From assembly GCA_965649765.1 (NCBI GenBank), contig OZ287758.1, positions 13,020,001 through 13,084,000 on the forward strand: 64,000 nucleotides of DNA, written 5' to 3'. Source of the stretch: Bispira polyomma. Lineage: Eukaryota. Under the pieces are notes generated by a model. It was not told where the DNA came from and ran no database searches. It was given only the letters and a program-made list of their open reading frames with translations. The number at the start of each line of letters is the position of its first letter. Position 1 is the stretch's first letter. The translations under genes and the position numbers were made by a program. Shown here piece by piece: positions 39,835 to 51,883 of this stretch.

Positions 39835-42768
39835 CATCAATAAAACTGCCCGGCATGATACATGTCTCAGTTAATACTCAATGTTAAACTGAAACATATC
39901 GAAAGAAATGTGTTCTGGTGCTGTAATTGTTAGGACCTACTAACAGTTCAGCCCTTGTTGAGATACAAAAGCCTTGGAATTGGATATGGATTTTATTTAT
40001 ATATTAGCACCATTGTATATTTTACCTGAAAAAGTACTGCCATAATGAAATGGCATATTCTTTGAGCCAAATTGACAAGATACACTCGGTGTATCAACTC
40101 TTTATATTAAAACCCAAAGTCCGTTTATTCCCCAGTATCATTTTGGTTTGTATTATGATCTAATCTGTTGGTTTGTTTTATTAGTTAATCTTTCACTCTG
40201 TTGACATTACAAATGTTGCCCATAGCCAGACCCTATTTTTTGTAACCCACAGATGAACACATTTCTGCAGATCCATTAGTCACACATGTCTGTAAGGCTT
40301 CCCATTTAGAAATCAATGAATTCCGCTTTCCAGGGCATATCTTCTGTTTACAAAGTCAGTTTCCGGTAGTGATTTATCACTTCCTGTGTCCTAGATATGG
40401 AGCCCAGTTCAACATGGACTATGTCTCGATCCATTTGTATCTGCAAATTTGTTCATTATTACAGATTTCAGTGCTCATTTTACAGTAGTAGATCTGTGTA
40501 ACTTTCTAGGCTTGGCGAAGTATTTGCATTTTATTGAAGACATCGGGGACGAAAGACTTATTTTCACATCAGTGTCTCAAACTATGGTCATTTTTATTGA
40601 CCATGTCAGTTTTCACTAGAGATATGTTGGCATGAGATTCTGATTTTAGAAATATTGCCATATTTAATTTGGTATGACTAGTACAATCCATGAATAATAA
40701 CATATATAGCATGTAATAAGATATGTAATACACTAGAGGTACAAAAAAAGTATTTAGCACAAGTATTATTGATTTTTTTCAGAAAATCCATTGCATAAGA
40801 AACCAATATTGGCTGTGTTTGACTATATGATGTGACAACGTACAAAATACTAGTGGTGGTTTTGACTACTAGTCTCTTATTGTTAAGGTTGAGCTTGGAC
40901 GTCTTTAACGGTCTACAGTACAGTATAACAGTACCAATTTGTATCACAACCCCAATGAATCTCAATCAAGATATAAACGCCAATATATCACTGAATCATA
41001 AAGAAATGTCTGCCGATTTGATTCTGCTTCCTTAAAACTGTTGACGTTATTATTTAGTTGGTGAGGGGCTGACCGGCGTTGTAAGAACACAATTGTGACG
41101 TTATTTTGACGAATGTATGATGTTATCCTGACTTATTATATTTGTTCAGAAATATGCTTAAATAAAGCCACACATGATACAAAATATCAGTTCAAGAATA
41201 CAAACCGTTCCATCAATACCAATAATCAGCCATGTATAATACCCGCATACCCCACACTTGTGTATTATTGCTATAAATCCAATGAGAACACTACTGAGGG
41301 CCTTATCCAGGCTATACCCTGGTACAGGTCAGTTACCTCTTTACCTCCTACATAGAGTAAGTAAATACCCTTGTTCATGCTGACAAGAATTACTTGGGAT
41401 ACCAAGCTGTTTGCACAAATCTTTACCTGCGTGTAAGTTTCGCATACAGGCATGACATCCATTTAATTTGATTATCTACTAATCCATTCATTATTGACAG
41501 TCAGATTGTTTAGTTTTATTCTATGTTAATCAAATGGGTTTAATGTTTCTCTTTAGTCTTGCCATACTGCTTGAATAATAATAATCTTTATTCTCGTATA
41601 AATGAAACATGATACAGAAAGAAAAAAAATACAAACACAATTTACCATTTAAACAGAGGTGTATATAAATAAAACTTTTTTTATAAAAATTATTTACAAA
41701 CACTAATTACAATTTAATCAGAATGAAACATCTTATGATGATATAAACTGTATAATAATAATAAAATATTAGCATTCTAAGCAAATATTTAGAATTGCAA
41801 AAATTAATTATTAAAAATATATATTGATTTAATTTGCTTGATTTGTATGAAATGTTTGATTAGTTGAAAGTAATTAATGACATAAATAAGTAAGCTGTAC
41901 TTTATGTGAAGAAGGTCACTTAATGCTTAACACACACCTAGTTACAATCTTCTTGTCAGGCGATACAATAACAATTAGAAACAATACAGTAACTGATAAA
42001 TGGCCATTTGCTGGTCAAAACATGAATAATTACTTTCATTTGACTAATCATTTTGTAACCATATAACTTCTTTGGTCTTTGATCAATTAAGTTTTGTAAG
42101 ATATTTTAAGTAATGTATTAAATAAGTTTTTTGGCTAAATTATATTTGCATAATGTTTATGGCTTTCACTCTAGTTGTGTCTACTTACTTGTGTGCAACT
42201 TAAGTACATATCATTGGATTAGTGCATGCTAATGGGATGATTAATGTAGACATGTTTACATTTTTGTCGATTAGTGCTGTGGGTTAGGAGGTCATTAGGT
42301 GAGCTAGAAACGATTGATGTTTTCAGTTGTGACTATCAACTTGTATTGCTAATCAGTTATTTTATATATCTTATTATTTTCAGTCTACATGTAAACACAT
42401 TAAATGGTCAGAAATGTTAACAATTAGTTAATATGAGTGGTTTATTATGTGATAAATGGTAGTTGCTTAAGATCATCTTTATATTTATTATCTGTAAAAA
42501 GAATTAAAGAAAATTCAGCTGACATGATATATCATTATGAAAGGCACCTGTCTTAACCATGGACAATCATTGTATTTTAGTATTTTATTCAAGTATAACT
42601 ATAAAACCTGATTCAATGTGATGCATAGCATTAGGAAAAGATTGCATTAAGTCAGCATAATTGGAGATATATATATCTATGCTACCTTAACGATGCACAT
42701 CAACAGATATCGTGTATTAATTGCATTAAATTTACATTGCACTATATGTTTTACCCCACTGCCTATGG

Positions 42769-42769
<1 letters not shown>

Positions 42770-42829
<60 letters not shown>
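42770..42829. repeat. (TA)n microsatellite
   Basis: Perfect TA run of about 60 bp. Confidence 0.98.
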
Positions 42830-42831
<2 letters not shown>

Positions 42832-42949
42832 TTATGGGGTATTGTTTATACACAGGTCATCCTGATGGGTGGGCAAGGGACAGCTGCCAAAGTTTGTTCG
42901 GGCTAGTTCTTTAGAAACCATAACGCAGAGGAAGGTTATATTTGGTTCA

Positions 42950-43203
42950 TTTGAATGTGAATATTTAACGTCCACTCTAGTACCTTTTTTTTAGGTTTTA
43001 TTGGGACGAGTAGTCGGAAACGCTGGAGGAAACACTGCATACAGTTGATCAAGGTTCTGCACTGAAACCAGCGGCCCACAGTAAGGAACTACCACCTTTC
43101 CCACATAGGCATCGACAGGATTCGAACTCACGCCGATCCCAGAGGTGAGAGACCAGTGATTGTGAAGCGCAATGCTTGCTAACCAGTAGGACACCGCGGC
43201 CCC
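42950..43203 (-). mobile_element. Family A SINE
   Basis: Full length, perfect 13-bp TSD TATATTTGGTTCA (42937-42949 / 43204-43216), intact box B GAGTTCGAATCC. Confidence 0.95.
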
Positions 43204-44699
43204 TATATTTGGTTCAAATATTCATTATGTGTGTAGGTGTTTAATGTCTGATTTCAATCAAACAATTGGGGATTGCGACATCTCCAATGAAATTTTTAAT
43301 TAAAGAATTTTTGCAAATTTATGAAATATCCTAATTCTCCAAAGAGGGGTTTGTCCGTTAACAGAAAAACCAGGCATAACCAGAAAAGCAAACAAACCTA
43401 AGAAGGTGGCTATGGAAGAGGGTAGGCAAGCCTGGAAAGGTGGGGATTTTAACTGACATCTAAAACTATGTACTTTATACTTCATTCTATTCAATCCTGG
43501 CTACTGGTTCAATAGAAGAGTGAATTTTTTCTACACATCTTTGGTAACAGTCCCCAGCAGTGTCCAGGTAAAAATAAAGGCCAAGTTCACCAACACATAT
43601 TTTTTTTCCCCATTTCTGAATCAAAGAAAATGATTTGCAAGAAATAGAACATGGCTATCATCAATATATAAGAGATATTTTATAAAGATATAGAAAAAAT
43701 ATAGAGAAGGAAATTGGGATAATTCATTCTTACTTTGACTATGTTAGCTTCACTAGTATATATATATGGACAATCACATAATTAGATTGGCTAAATTGAA
43801 ACTAGTAATGAAAATAAGGTGACATTGGGAGACTAACTACAAGGGTCATGCTCCTAAAAACATAAACTTACTTCAAGATAATGTCACCTTAAACAAAGGC
43901 TACTACAATAGAATGATATAAACTTATAAAAACAAAAAGTACTGTGGGTAAAATCAAAAAGAAAACTTCAAACTACCTCATTCATTGAGAAACACCCTAA
44001 ATTAAGGACAACAGATGATATACCTTCGTTACATTTAATTCTATCGAAGCTGTTGGTTCCCCCTAAAGAATGACTTTTTGTTGACGCCTCAGGCATCTCT
44101 ATTGCTCCATGGTGCTATATTAATCATTCTCTTCCCTAGTTTATTATGCATTCACCTTTATTAATACTCACATACGTAGCTTCTTATGTTCCCACTCTCT
44201 CCTCTTTCCTATTCTAAATCCCACACAATACAGAGTAAATAGTTATGTAGGAGATTTATTTAACTTAGATATGTGTCACTTTTGTGTACTGTTTACTCAA
44301 TTTCTCTTAAAAGAAATTCACTTCTCCCGCTCTCTCTATATTTATATATATATATGTGCCTACATTATAAATATAGAATATGCATATAGTTGTCTAATAT
44401 GTGTAGAGGATCTAGGTGTTTTATTGGATCCAGGAGTATTTATAGATGTATACAGGGTGACTTATATTTGAAAAAAAGGAGAGAGATTTGGTGTTGTAAA
44501 ATAACTGCATTAATAAGTATTGTGGAACTTGTAGTTTGTGTAAGAATTGAACATATTGAAGATATAACACACTGAGATTGTCAAATATATTGTACTTTGT
44601 AAGACGTAAGAGAGATGACACTTATGAACATGGATTGTGAGGTAAGTTAAATTTACTTGTTAAAGTTAGTAATAAATACATTATATACATTCCATATGT

Positions 44700-45056
44700 A
44701 ATTTATTTGAATTTGAATTAGGTTGGGGGTTTACATCACCGCTGGAGATCGAATCCCACAGATTTGTATTTCATGTGAGAAAGTTTGTCAGGTACTTGCC
44801 ATAGGTCGTTGGTTTACAATGGCTTCAGCTCTGGTTTCCCCCACCAATAAACCTGGCAGTCGCAATATGACAACAGCTGTAAAAAGCGTCGTAAAACCCA
44901 AAGACATTAAAATTTGTCATATCACAATGGTCAGATGTAACGATGAAGCACCGTCCACCACTGGCCTATGGCAAGCACATGACAAATTTTTACCACATGA
45001 AGGAATTTAGTGATTGTGAGGAGAAAATGTTTAACCACTATGCTATTGCAGCCTCT
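44700..45056. mobile_element. Minus-strand family B SINE with a + strand family B fragment (about 44741-44905) inserted
   Basis: Minus-strand tail at 44700-44740 and body/head at 44910-45056 flank an opposite-strand body ending gcgtcgtaaaaccc. Confidence 0.65.
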
Positions 45057-45094
45057 GTACATTCAATTTATAGCCTTGTGGGCCACACTTGCAG

Positions 45095-45450
45095 AAAATC
45101 AGGGTTTCGATCCCAGTCTGCTGGGGTGACCAGGTACAGGCAGATAGATAGTGGGTCCGATGACAACTTACATTATGGTCCTCTGTTATTGAGTCTTATC
45201 GCTAGCTGCAGGTTAAAGAATCATGGGGACATTGATTAATGATGTCTGCCTCAAAGCCTCTTTCAGTTAGGGAACGATAGTTCAAAGTGTGAGCAGGGGT
45301 GAATGGAGACATCCCAATCATGAAAAGTCCCCATCAGTGAAGGGGACTTCTCCGGGATTCGTTAGCCAGTGTTGGCTGTACTTGGACAGTCACGAAAAGG
45401 TTAAGTGATACTTCAGATACCAGGTGAAGGTACATAAATGTTTGAATTTG
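45095..45450 (+). mobile_element. SINE with a Deu/Nin-like central domain
   Basis: Box B ggtttcgatccc and GATGACAACTTA.ATTATGGTCCTCT..gttaaagaatc. The same core occurs at 48967-48992. Confidence 0.5.
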
Positions 45451-45531
45451 AACACAATACAGCTTGCAATTGTAAAATTTCCAGAAGTAGGAAGTGCTAT
45501 AATTGTAAATTTTTTATTTTTTTTTTTTTTT

Positions 45532-45764
45532 AATTTGGATATTTAACGTCTACTCTAGTACCTGTTTAGGTTATATTGGGACGGGTAGTTGGAAACGCTG
45601 GAAGAAACACTGCATACAGTTGATCAAGGTTCTGCTCTGAAACCAGCGGCCCACAGTAAGGAACTACCACCTTTAACACATAGGTATCGACGGGATTTGA
45701 ACTCACGCCGCCCAGAGGTGAGAGACCAGTGATTGTAAAGTGCAATGCTTGCTAACCACCGCGG
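45532..45764 (-). mobile_element. Family A SINE with a damaged 5' end and an A-rich tail
   Basis: Near-identical body to the other family A copies, with an adjacent T-run at 45510-45531. Confidence 0.9.
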
Positions 45765-47329
45765 GTTGACCATATCCTACCAGGAAACATTGACCATTGT
45801 GGTAGGCCTATAGCATAAGCATAAGAAAGGCCTTCATAACAACACTCTATTTTTAAAGAGAGGAAACTAATCTGTATCTTTATTCTACTTTAATTACACC
45901 ATAACAGTTATACATGTACTCACATATATGTGTGCCTTATATCCTGTTCATTTGATGATTGCTTTTAATGACAAAAATAAGTGTACATATATTCAATGAA
46001 AAGCTACCTAGGTGTAATTTAAATGTGTTTCTGGACTAAAATAAGGTTACATTGAATCACTCAAGACAGAGGGAGGTATTATGTGTTTTAATTGGAAATA
46101 TTAAGATCAATAAACAATTTAACACCCTGACATAAAAATTCATCTGGCTTTAAAAGTTTCACCTGGTAAGATTAAGAAAAACATGCCATGGGTCAAGTAA
46201 ATGTACTGATAAATTGATTTCCTCTCTTTGTGTTTATCAGATTATTAAAGATTTTTGTTTGCATAATGTACTCAGATATATAACCCAATCTTCACTATAT
46301 ATATATGTAACTACAAGAATGGACTCTTTCATTAATATAGACCTGATAAAGACATCTATTGTGAGTTTCATTAAGATTATCTAACACTATAATGAGCCTT
46401 ATAGGATTACTGCACAGGTTAAGGAGTACATATGTGGTACAGTACAAGGTTAAGCTATTACCCATTAGAGCACCAAAGAATTCCTCCTTCAGATCAAACA
46501 CTTTCTTGATGTTTCTCCAGTAGATTACTGACGTTATAAGAATGACGATCTTTTAGGAGCATAAACTGAACATTTTAGTGCAACATAAGGCAGAAGGTAT
46601 TATGGCTATTCCTGGTATAGCTCATCCAATATTTTCAACTAATAATATGTTGTTTCCCATGCATTGTAAGAATGTAATTCTTAGAATTTTCTGAGTCTCA
46701 GCCAGTCAAATTTATTGAGAGAAAAATTGAAGCATTAGAGTCTTTGTGAATACCAGGCCAAGAGTGTTAATGTGGGTAAGTTGGCAGTGGACTTGCTGAG
46801 GGCTGGTAGTTTTGCATAGCAGAATATGTTGACGATGTACACTGCTCTGGTATCCTTCATCAGTAAATTGCTCATCTGCTAACCACTAGGCCACTGCGCC
46901 CCACCCCCCACACTTTTCTCCCTGTACCCGTCTCTTCCCAAAAGTGGTCTTTATACATACGTGGAATCTTAATACAAAAACTGTGGTTAACGAGATTACA
47001 GGTGTTTCATCATGCGATGATTTAATGCGGTAAATAGTGGTATTTTTACCAAGGTAGAATGTTGATACAAAATCTTGGGTTATGTGGATTAAATAAGTCT
47101 TTATAGGTATGTGACCAGTTTACACTCGGGTTGTTCTTTCAGGTTTGACTGTAAATATCTATACATTTATTCCTATTCTTTATGTATGACAACCGATGAT
47201 ATTATATATACTTATGAATGAAAGAATAGGTGAATCAATCTGAAACTGTTAAATGATGGTTACTTGACAGGTTTAAAGGTTGTATGCTGATATGGTTATC
47301 TTGCGACTTTGTGTACCAGACAAATTAAT

Positions 47330-47800
47330 GGCTATATTCTCGAAAAGTCCCAAGCTGAACTCAGACCGAAGCTCAACACTAGCGTCTCCTTATCGTTATC
47401 TCCATCTGGAACTTAGGTTAAAATCTGACTGCATATTTGAATTCAGCGCTGAAAATGAATGGTCACAAGTACACTTAAGTGCAGGTCATTTCTATATGCA
47501 GTCACATACATAGCCCTCATTTGAGTGTAGTCTGAGTGTCAACTTACGAATAATGTCACAATGGCCATATTCATAAAATACATTCTTAAGCTCAACTCAG
47601 GCTGAAGATATCAAGTTTAAGGTAAAACTGATCTGTGGCTAGAGTGGACTTCAGTAAAATTTGGTTGTATATTTGAATTCAGTGCTGGAAGCTCTATTAA
47701 AATGAATGGTCACAAGTCTAGGTTATTTCCATATACAAGGACTTCCACATATAGCCTTCACTTGAGTTGGATCTGAGTTTGAGCACAAGAATACTGTCCC
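47330..47800. mobile_element. Two tandem Harbinger-like MITEs (47330-47557 and 47563-47800)
   Basis: Both start GGC.ATATTC and end GAATA, and share atttgaattcag..aaaatgaatggtcacaagt..aggt.atttc.atat. A third copy is at 62237. Confidence 0.65.
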
Positions 47801-48359
47801 AGGGGTACGACTTGGGGACATATCTCATTGTATCAGCTGTATGCACAATTTCCTGGAGTACAAGTTGAAGACAGACCTTATTATATCGGCTGTCACAGAC
47901 TCAAAAGAGAAGTCTTGTTTATAGGCAACATTTCAGGAAGTGCAGAAAAGCCAACCTCATGTCATCACAATTTCGTCTCCCTCTGCCATTTTTGTCAAAG
48001 GCTTGTTTAGTGTCGCCAAAATCCATTATATGTGAATGTAATCTATGGTTTCTAATATATCCAGACGTTGAATGGTATTTATTTGATCTGATCACCCTAA
48101 AAAGACCCATAAAAATCGTTCCATTAAGGCCAATGGGATATTACACATATAAAGCATAAATTCTACTAGAATTTCTACATGACTTGCCACTTATAATGTG
48201 TACAGACAAATATATATAATTTTTCTCTAGAGATTAATTATTTTTTCATCATATTTAAGAAGGAACAAACATATCTGGTGTGATCTTTGTAGACAATTTA
48301 GGGCTTAGTTTGACACAAAATACCCCCTTGTGTGGACAAATAATAAATTATATAAAGTA

Positions 48360-48365
<6 letters not shown>

Positions 48366-48391
<26 letters not shown>
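48366..48391. repeat. (AT)n microsatellite
   Basis: Short perfect run. Confidence 0.9.
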
Positions 48392-48578
48392 TTTCTGATG
48401 GCAAGAATAACAAAAAAAAAAATATTTACAATTATCTATTCAACTGTAGCACACCAAGTTTGATTACATGAACCAACATTGATGATTCCACGTGAATAAT
48501 CCTGTTTAAGCCTTATGGAAATATTATTATACTGAAGAGGAAAATTTCTACAACATCGTTTGCACAGAATTTACTGAT

Positions 48579-48827
48579 TTTGAATTTGGATATTTAACGT
48601 CCACTCTAGTACCTGTTTAGGATATATTGGGACGGGTAGTTAGAAATGCTGGAGAAAACATTGCAAACAGTTGATCGAGGTTCTGCCCTGAAACCAGCGG
48701 CCCACAGTAAGGAACTACCACCTTTCCCACATAGGCATCGACGGGAGTCAAACTCACACCGCCTAGAGGTGAGAGACCAGTGATTGTGAAGCGCAATGCT
48801 TGCTAACCACTAGGCCACCGCAGCCCC
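48579..48827 (-). mobile_element. Family A SINE
   Basis: Full length, with TSD CAGAATTTACTGAT (48565-48578) / CAGAATTTACTAAT (48829-48842). Confidence 0.93.
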
Positions 48828-48894
48828 TCAGAATTTACTAATAATATATCTGCTAAAATATCTGCCACAGATCCTGTGTGTGTAACATACTCAT

Positions 48895-49180
48895 TTAGGT
48901 TTTCAAAGGACCTGGTTTCTATCCCAGCCTGGGTTGATCAAGTCTAGCAATATACATAGTGAAGCAGATGACAACTTAAATTATGGTCCTCTATTTTTCT
49001 ATCCTTTACCCAGGGAATGCTTATAAAGGTGTCTTTATCAATCTCTAGTGGATTGGGGGTAATGACAGTTACTGATTGGCCATACCATACTGGGCTAGTC
49101 ATGAGAATGGGCATTTGCACTTTGAATGCCAGATAAAGGTAGATAAAATAAACTCGGTATAACGCTGAATACAATACAAT
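48895..49180 (+). mobile_element. Deu/Nin-like SINE with a (TACAA)n tail
   Basis: Core GATGACAACTTAAATTATGGTCCTCT shared with 45160-45185; tail gaatacaatacaat. Confidence 0.5.
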
Positions 49181-49559
49181 AATTTAGACAAATCATAGGC
49201 TCAAATGTGGTAAGGAGCAATTTGAGTTGAAAATATTACCACAAATACTACTGAAGAAGAAACAATTTTATATTAGGAATTGAATCAAACTTAAGCATTT
49301 TGCCACTAAATGACGGGTGTCTACTATTTGCGAAGAGTATATACTTATATTCACTTCATTAAAAATAACCATTAAATTTATTGGATATAAGCCACACATA
49401 TATTTCAGTAATTTAAGTAGGTTTTGTGTGTAATTTAAGTAGGTTTTGATAGACATTAGTGTTGCATTTTTGAAAACAGAGCACAGCTACTCGATTAAGG
49501 ACCTGCATTCCTAGTGAGGTCTCATCCCACCCCCAGTCTGGGTTCTTCCACTTGTCAAC

Positions 49560-49790
49560 CTAATGTTCTGTCTCAGCTTCCTCAGGGAGCATACTAGCCG
49601 TGCTGCCACATACGGTGCACGAAGACTAACACCCATTAGCAGCCAAGTACCCATTTATACACCTTAGTAGAGAGAGACAACTTTGTCTAAAGTACCTTGT
49701 CCAAGGGTACAATCACCAGGTCAGCAGCAAGTTATGGAACCTGTGAGCCTCTGATCCAAAGTTGAACACTCTAACCACGAGGCCATAGGG
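49560..49790 (-). mobile_element. CORE-SINE-like element
   Basis: On -: tggcctcgtggttagag box A, cccttggacaaggtacttt and aggtgtataaatgggtac, which resemble the CORE-domain motifs. Confidence 0.7.
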
Positions 49791-49806
49791 AACACTGATA
49801 TGTATG

Positions 49807-50185
49807 TAGACCGAGTATTCTGCCCTCGCTGATGCTTTGATATACTGACGGCACGGCGAGGGACAGAGCAGCCTCCATAAGCAAAACGTTGTAAATCAAA
49901 ATCGGCATAAAAAGAGATAGAATCTGGTAAAAATAAATACATCCCCTCCTTCCTTATATATGATATAGTTAGCGATTTTCAATTAGTTTATGCCGATATG
50001 CTACATATAAATTAATATAAAGTAAAAACTAAACCAAAATCATTGAAACAACACTGTACGCCATGTTACGTCAGTTTAAATTTACAAAGTTTTCCTTATG
50101 AAGGCCATTCTGTCCCTTTTCGTGCATTCCGTCGACAAAATATCAGCAAGGAATCTCGCAAAACAGGGACAGATTATTCGGTCTA
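49807..50185. mobile_element. Non-autonomous Academ (AcademH-like) DNA transposon, 379 bp
   Basis: TIRs TAGACCGAGTATTCTG-CCCT and (reverse complement) TAGACCGAATAATCTGTCCCT. Perfect 9-bp TSD ATATGTATG (49798-49806 / 50186-50194). Confidence 0.8.
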
Positions 50186-50697
50186 ATATGTATGCTAACC
50201 TGAAAATTGTTTCACATAAGGCACAAGCAGATTTTGTTATACACTGACATTCCGGGGATGTAGTAATTTATCATGCATATAAGTATGATTGACAGCCGTA
50301 TTGGTCTTAACACAGAGAGACCTGAACTGACACTTACTATACTAAATAAGGAAGTCATCAATGATTATTCTAACAACAAGTAACCCACAGCCTTGACCTT
50401 GCTGAAATATTTGCATACTCCTATCAGCTGATTGTTTTGTGCACCCACAGGGGAAAATTTTCTGACTCAATTCGCAGATAATCTGGAAGAGATTTGGCAG
50501 AATATACGTGTTGCTATATATGCAGGAGTGGTCTATTTTGTGCAGTTAATTACACTAGCTTAACTGCTGGTATTTTAAGAGAGTATTTATATGCACATAA
50601 ATAGCTTTTTGTGATTTATGTAATTTATTTGTCCCAGAATTTTTTTTGTGTGTTTTGTTTGACTGTCTTGCAGAAATAAAACAAGTCAAAAAAATTC

Positions 50698-50935
50698 CAG
50701 GGGCTGTATTAACAAAAGATCTTAATCTTAACTTCGTTTTAAGCTTAACATTTATGTCTAAAATATTCAAGACTGCCTACTTACTGTTAGTCTTACTGTT
50801 AAGGGTTAAGATGACACTTAGGAAAATCTTTTGTTATTGCCACTGGGACTAAGACCAACATCTTAACCTGGTACTCCATAAATCAAAAATCTAAGACTAA
50901 GTTAAGGCTAGGATATTTTTTAAATACAGCCCCAG
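50698..50935. mobile_element. Harbinger-like MITE with CWG-flanked TIRs
   Basis: CAG-GGGCTGTATTAA... and ...TAAATACAGCCC-CAG, with internal TTAAG/CTTAA subrepeats. Confidence 0.7.
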
Positions 50936-51349
50936 AATCATATAATATATAATCAATTGTTGAGAAAGGTTATCTTCTAAAAGTCCCTCTAACTTAAGGC
51001 GTAGATTGCAAAGGAATGAATGCAGTGGTCTGTCCCTACTATCTTATCCAGATAACTTATAATGCTTGACTGAATTTTAAGTATTTGCTGTGAAAACAAA
51101 ATAGCTGATAAGTGTTGTGGATATCTTTAACACACACACTCGCTAACACTGAAATGTCAGTGTCCTCTTCTAGTATGTACATTGAATGGAGTAAAAATGT
51201 ATGGACACAGGGAGTGGTATCAATGAGCATGCGCCAAGCTGATGTCAAACACTTGATTTGCCATGTGTGAGCCATAGATCCACATAATCACAAGATATTA
51301 CTCACTGTGAGGGGTGTTACATCAGACATAGTGGCAGATGACTAGGCAT

Positions 51350-51486
51350 TTTTTATCAGGCACAGACTGATATAGTTTTCATTCTGTAAAGGGCAACGCC
51401 ATATTTGAAAATAATATGCAAGGACTTCATATGGATTGATTGGAAGCAATCGACCCGTCCAAGCTGAGGGGTGTCAGATTAATATT
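51350..51486 (+). repeat. Unclassified interspersed repeat, copy 3 of 3
   Basis: ttatcaggcacagactgata..gtaaagggc..aagcaatcgacc..ctgaggggtgtca. Confidence 0.7.
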
Positions 51487-51883
51487 TGTAGAGGTGTCAA
51501 GCGGGCTTGAGTGCAGACATAGTGGCCATATCAATGTTATGTATTTCACACTGGAATTTTGTTTTTCAAAGACAACTCTTGTTTTATTATTGCATGTCAT
51601 TACCAGTCTAATTATGATCTCAATGATGACAGAGTTATGTGTCCACGTGATGGGTATATGGGTGAGATTATGGATGATTTTCTTTTAGATGTTACATCAA
51701 CCTTTATTTATAAAAAAACTGGTTGTAGCAGAAAAACAAATAACAGATTGTGTCACATGTAGACATTTCCAAATGTACACACCTAAAACTCCTGTACCGT
51801 CCCCAGTTATTGAGATAGCTAGATTGAAATGAATTGTAAAAAAGGCAATTGAAACACTGTTAAACAGGTTTTTAAAATATAAA

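Larger units (their letters stand above)
39205..39898 (+). mobile_element. Old host SINE interrupted by two younger SINEs
   Basis: Host pieces 39205-39328, 39598-39627 and 39847-39898 join into one SINE similar to 2766-2985. Confidence 0.75.

Noticed and set aside
50451-50563. Possible exon (cacag| ENFLTQFADNLEEIWQNIRVAIYAG...)
   Set aside because: The frame closes after about 36 codons, there is no strong donor, and I recognise no homology.
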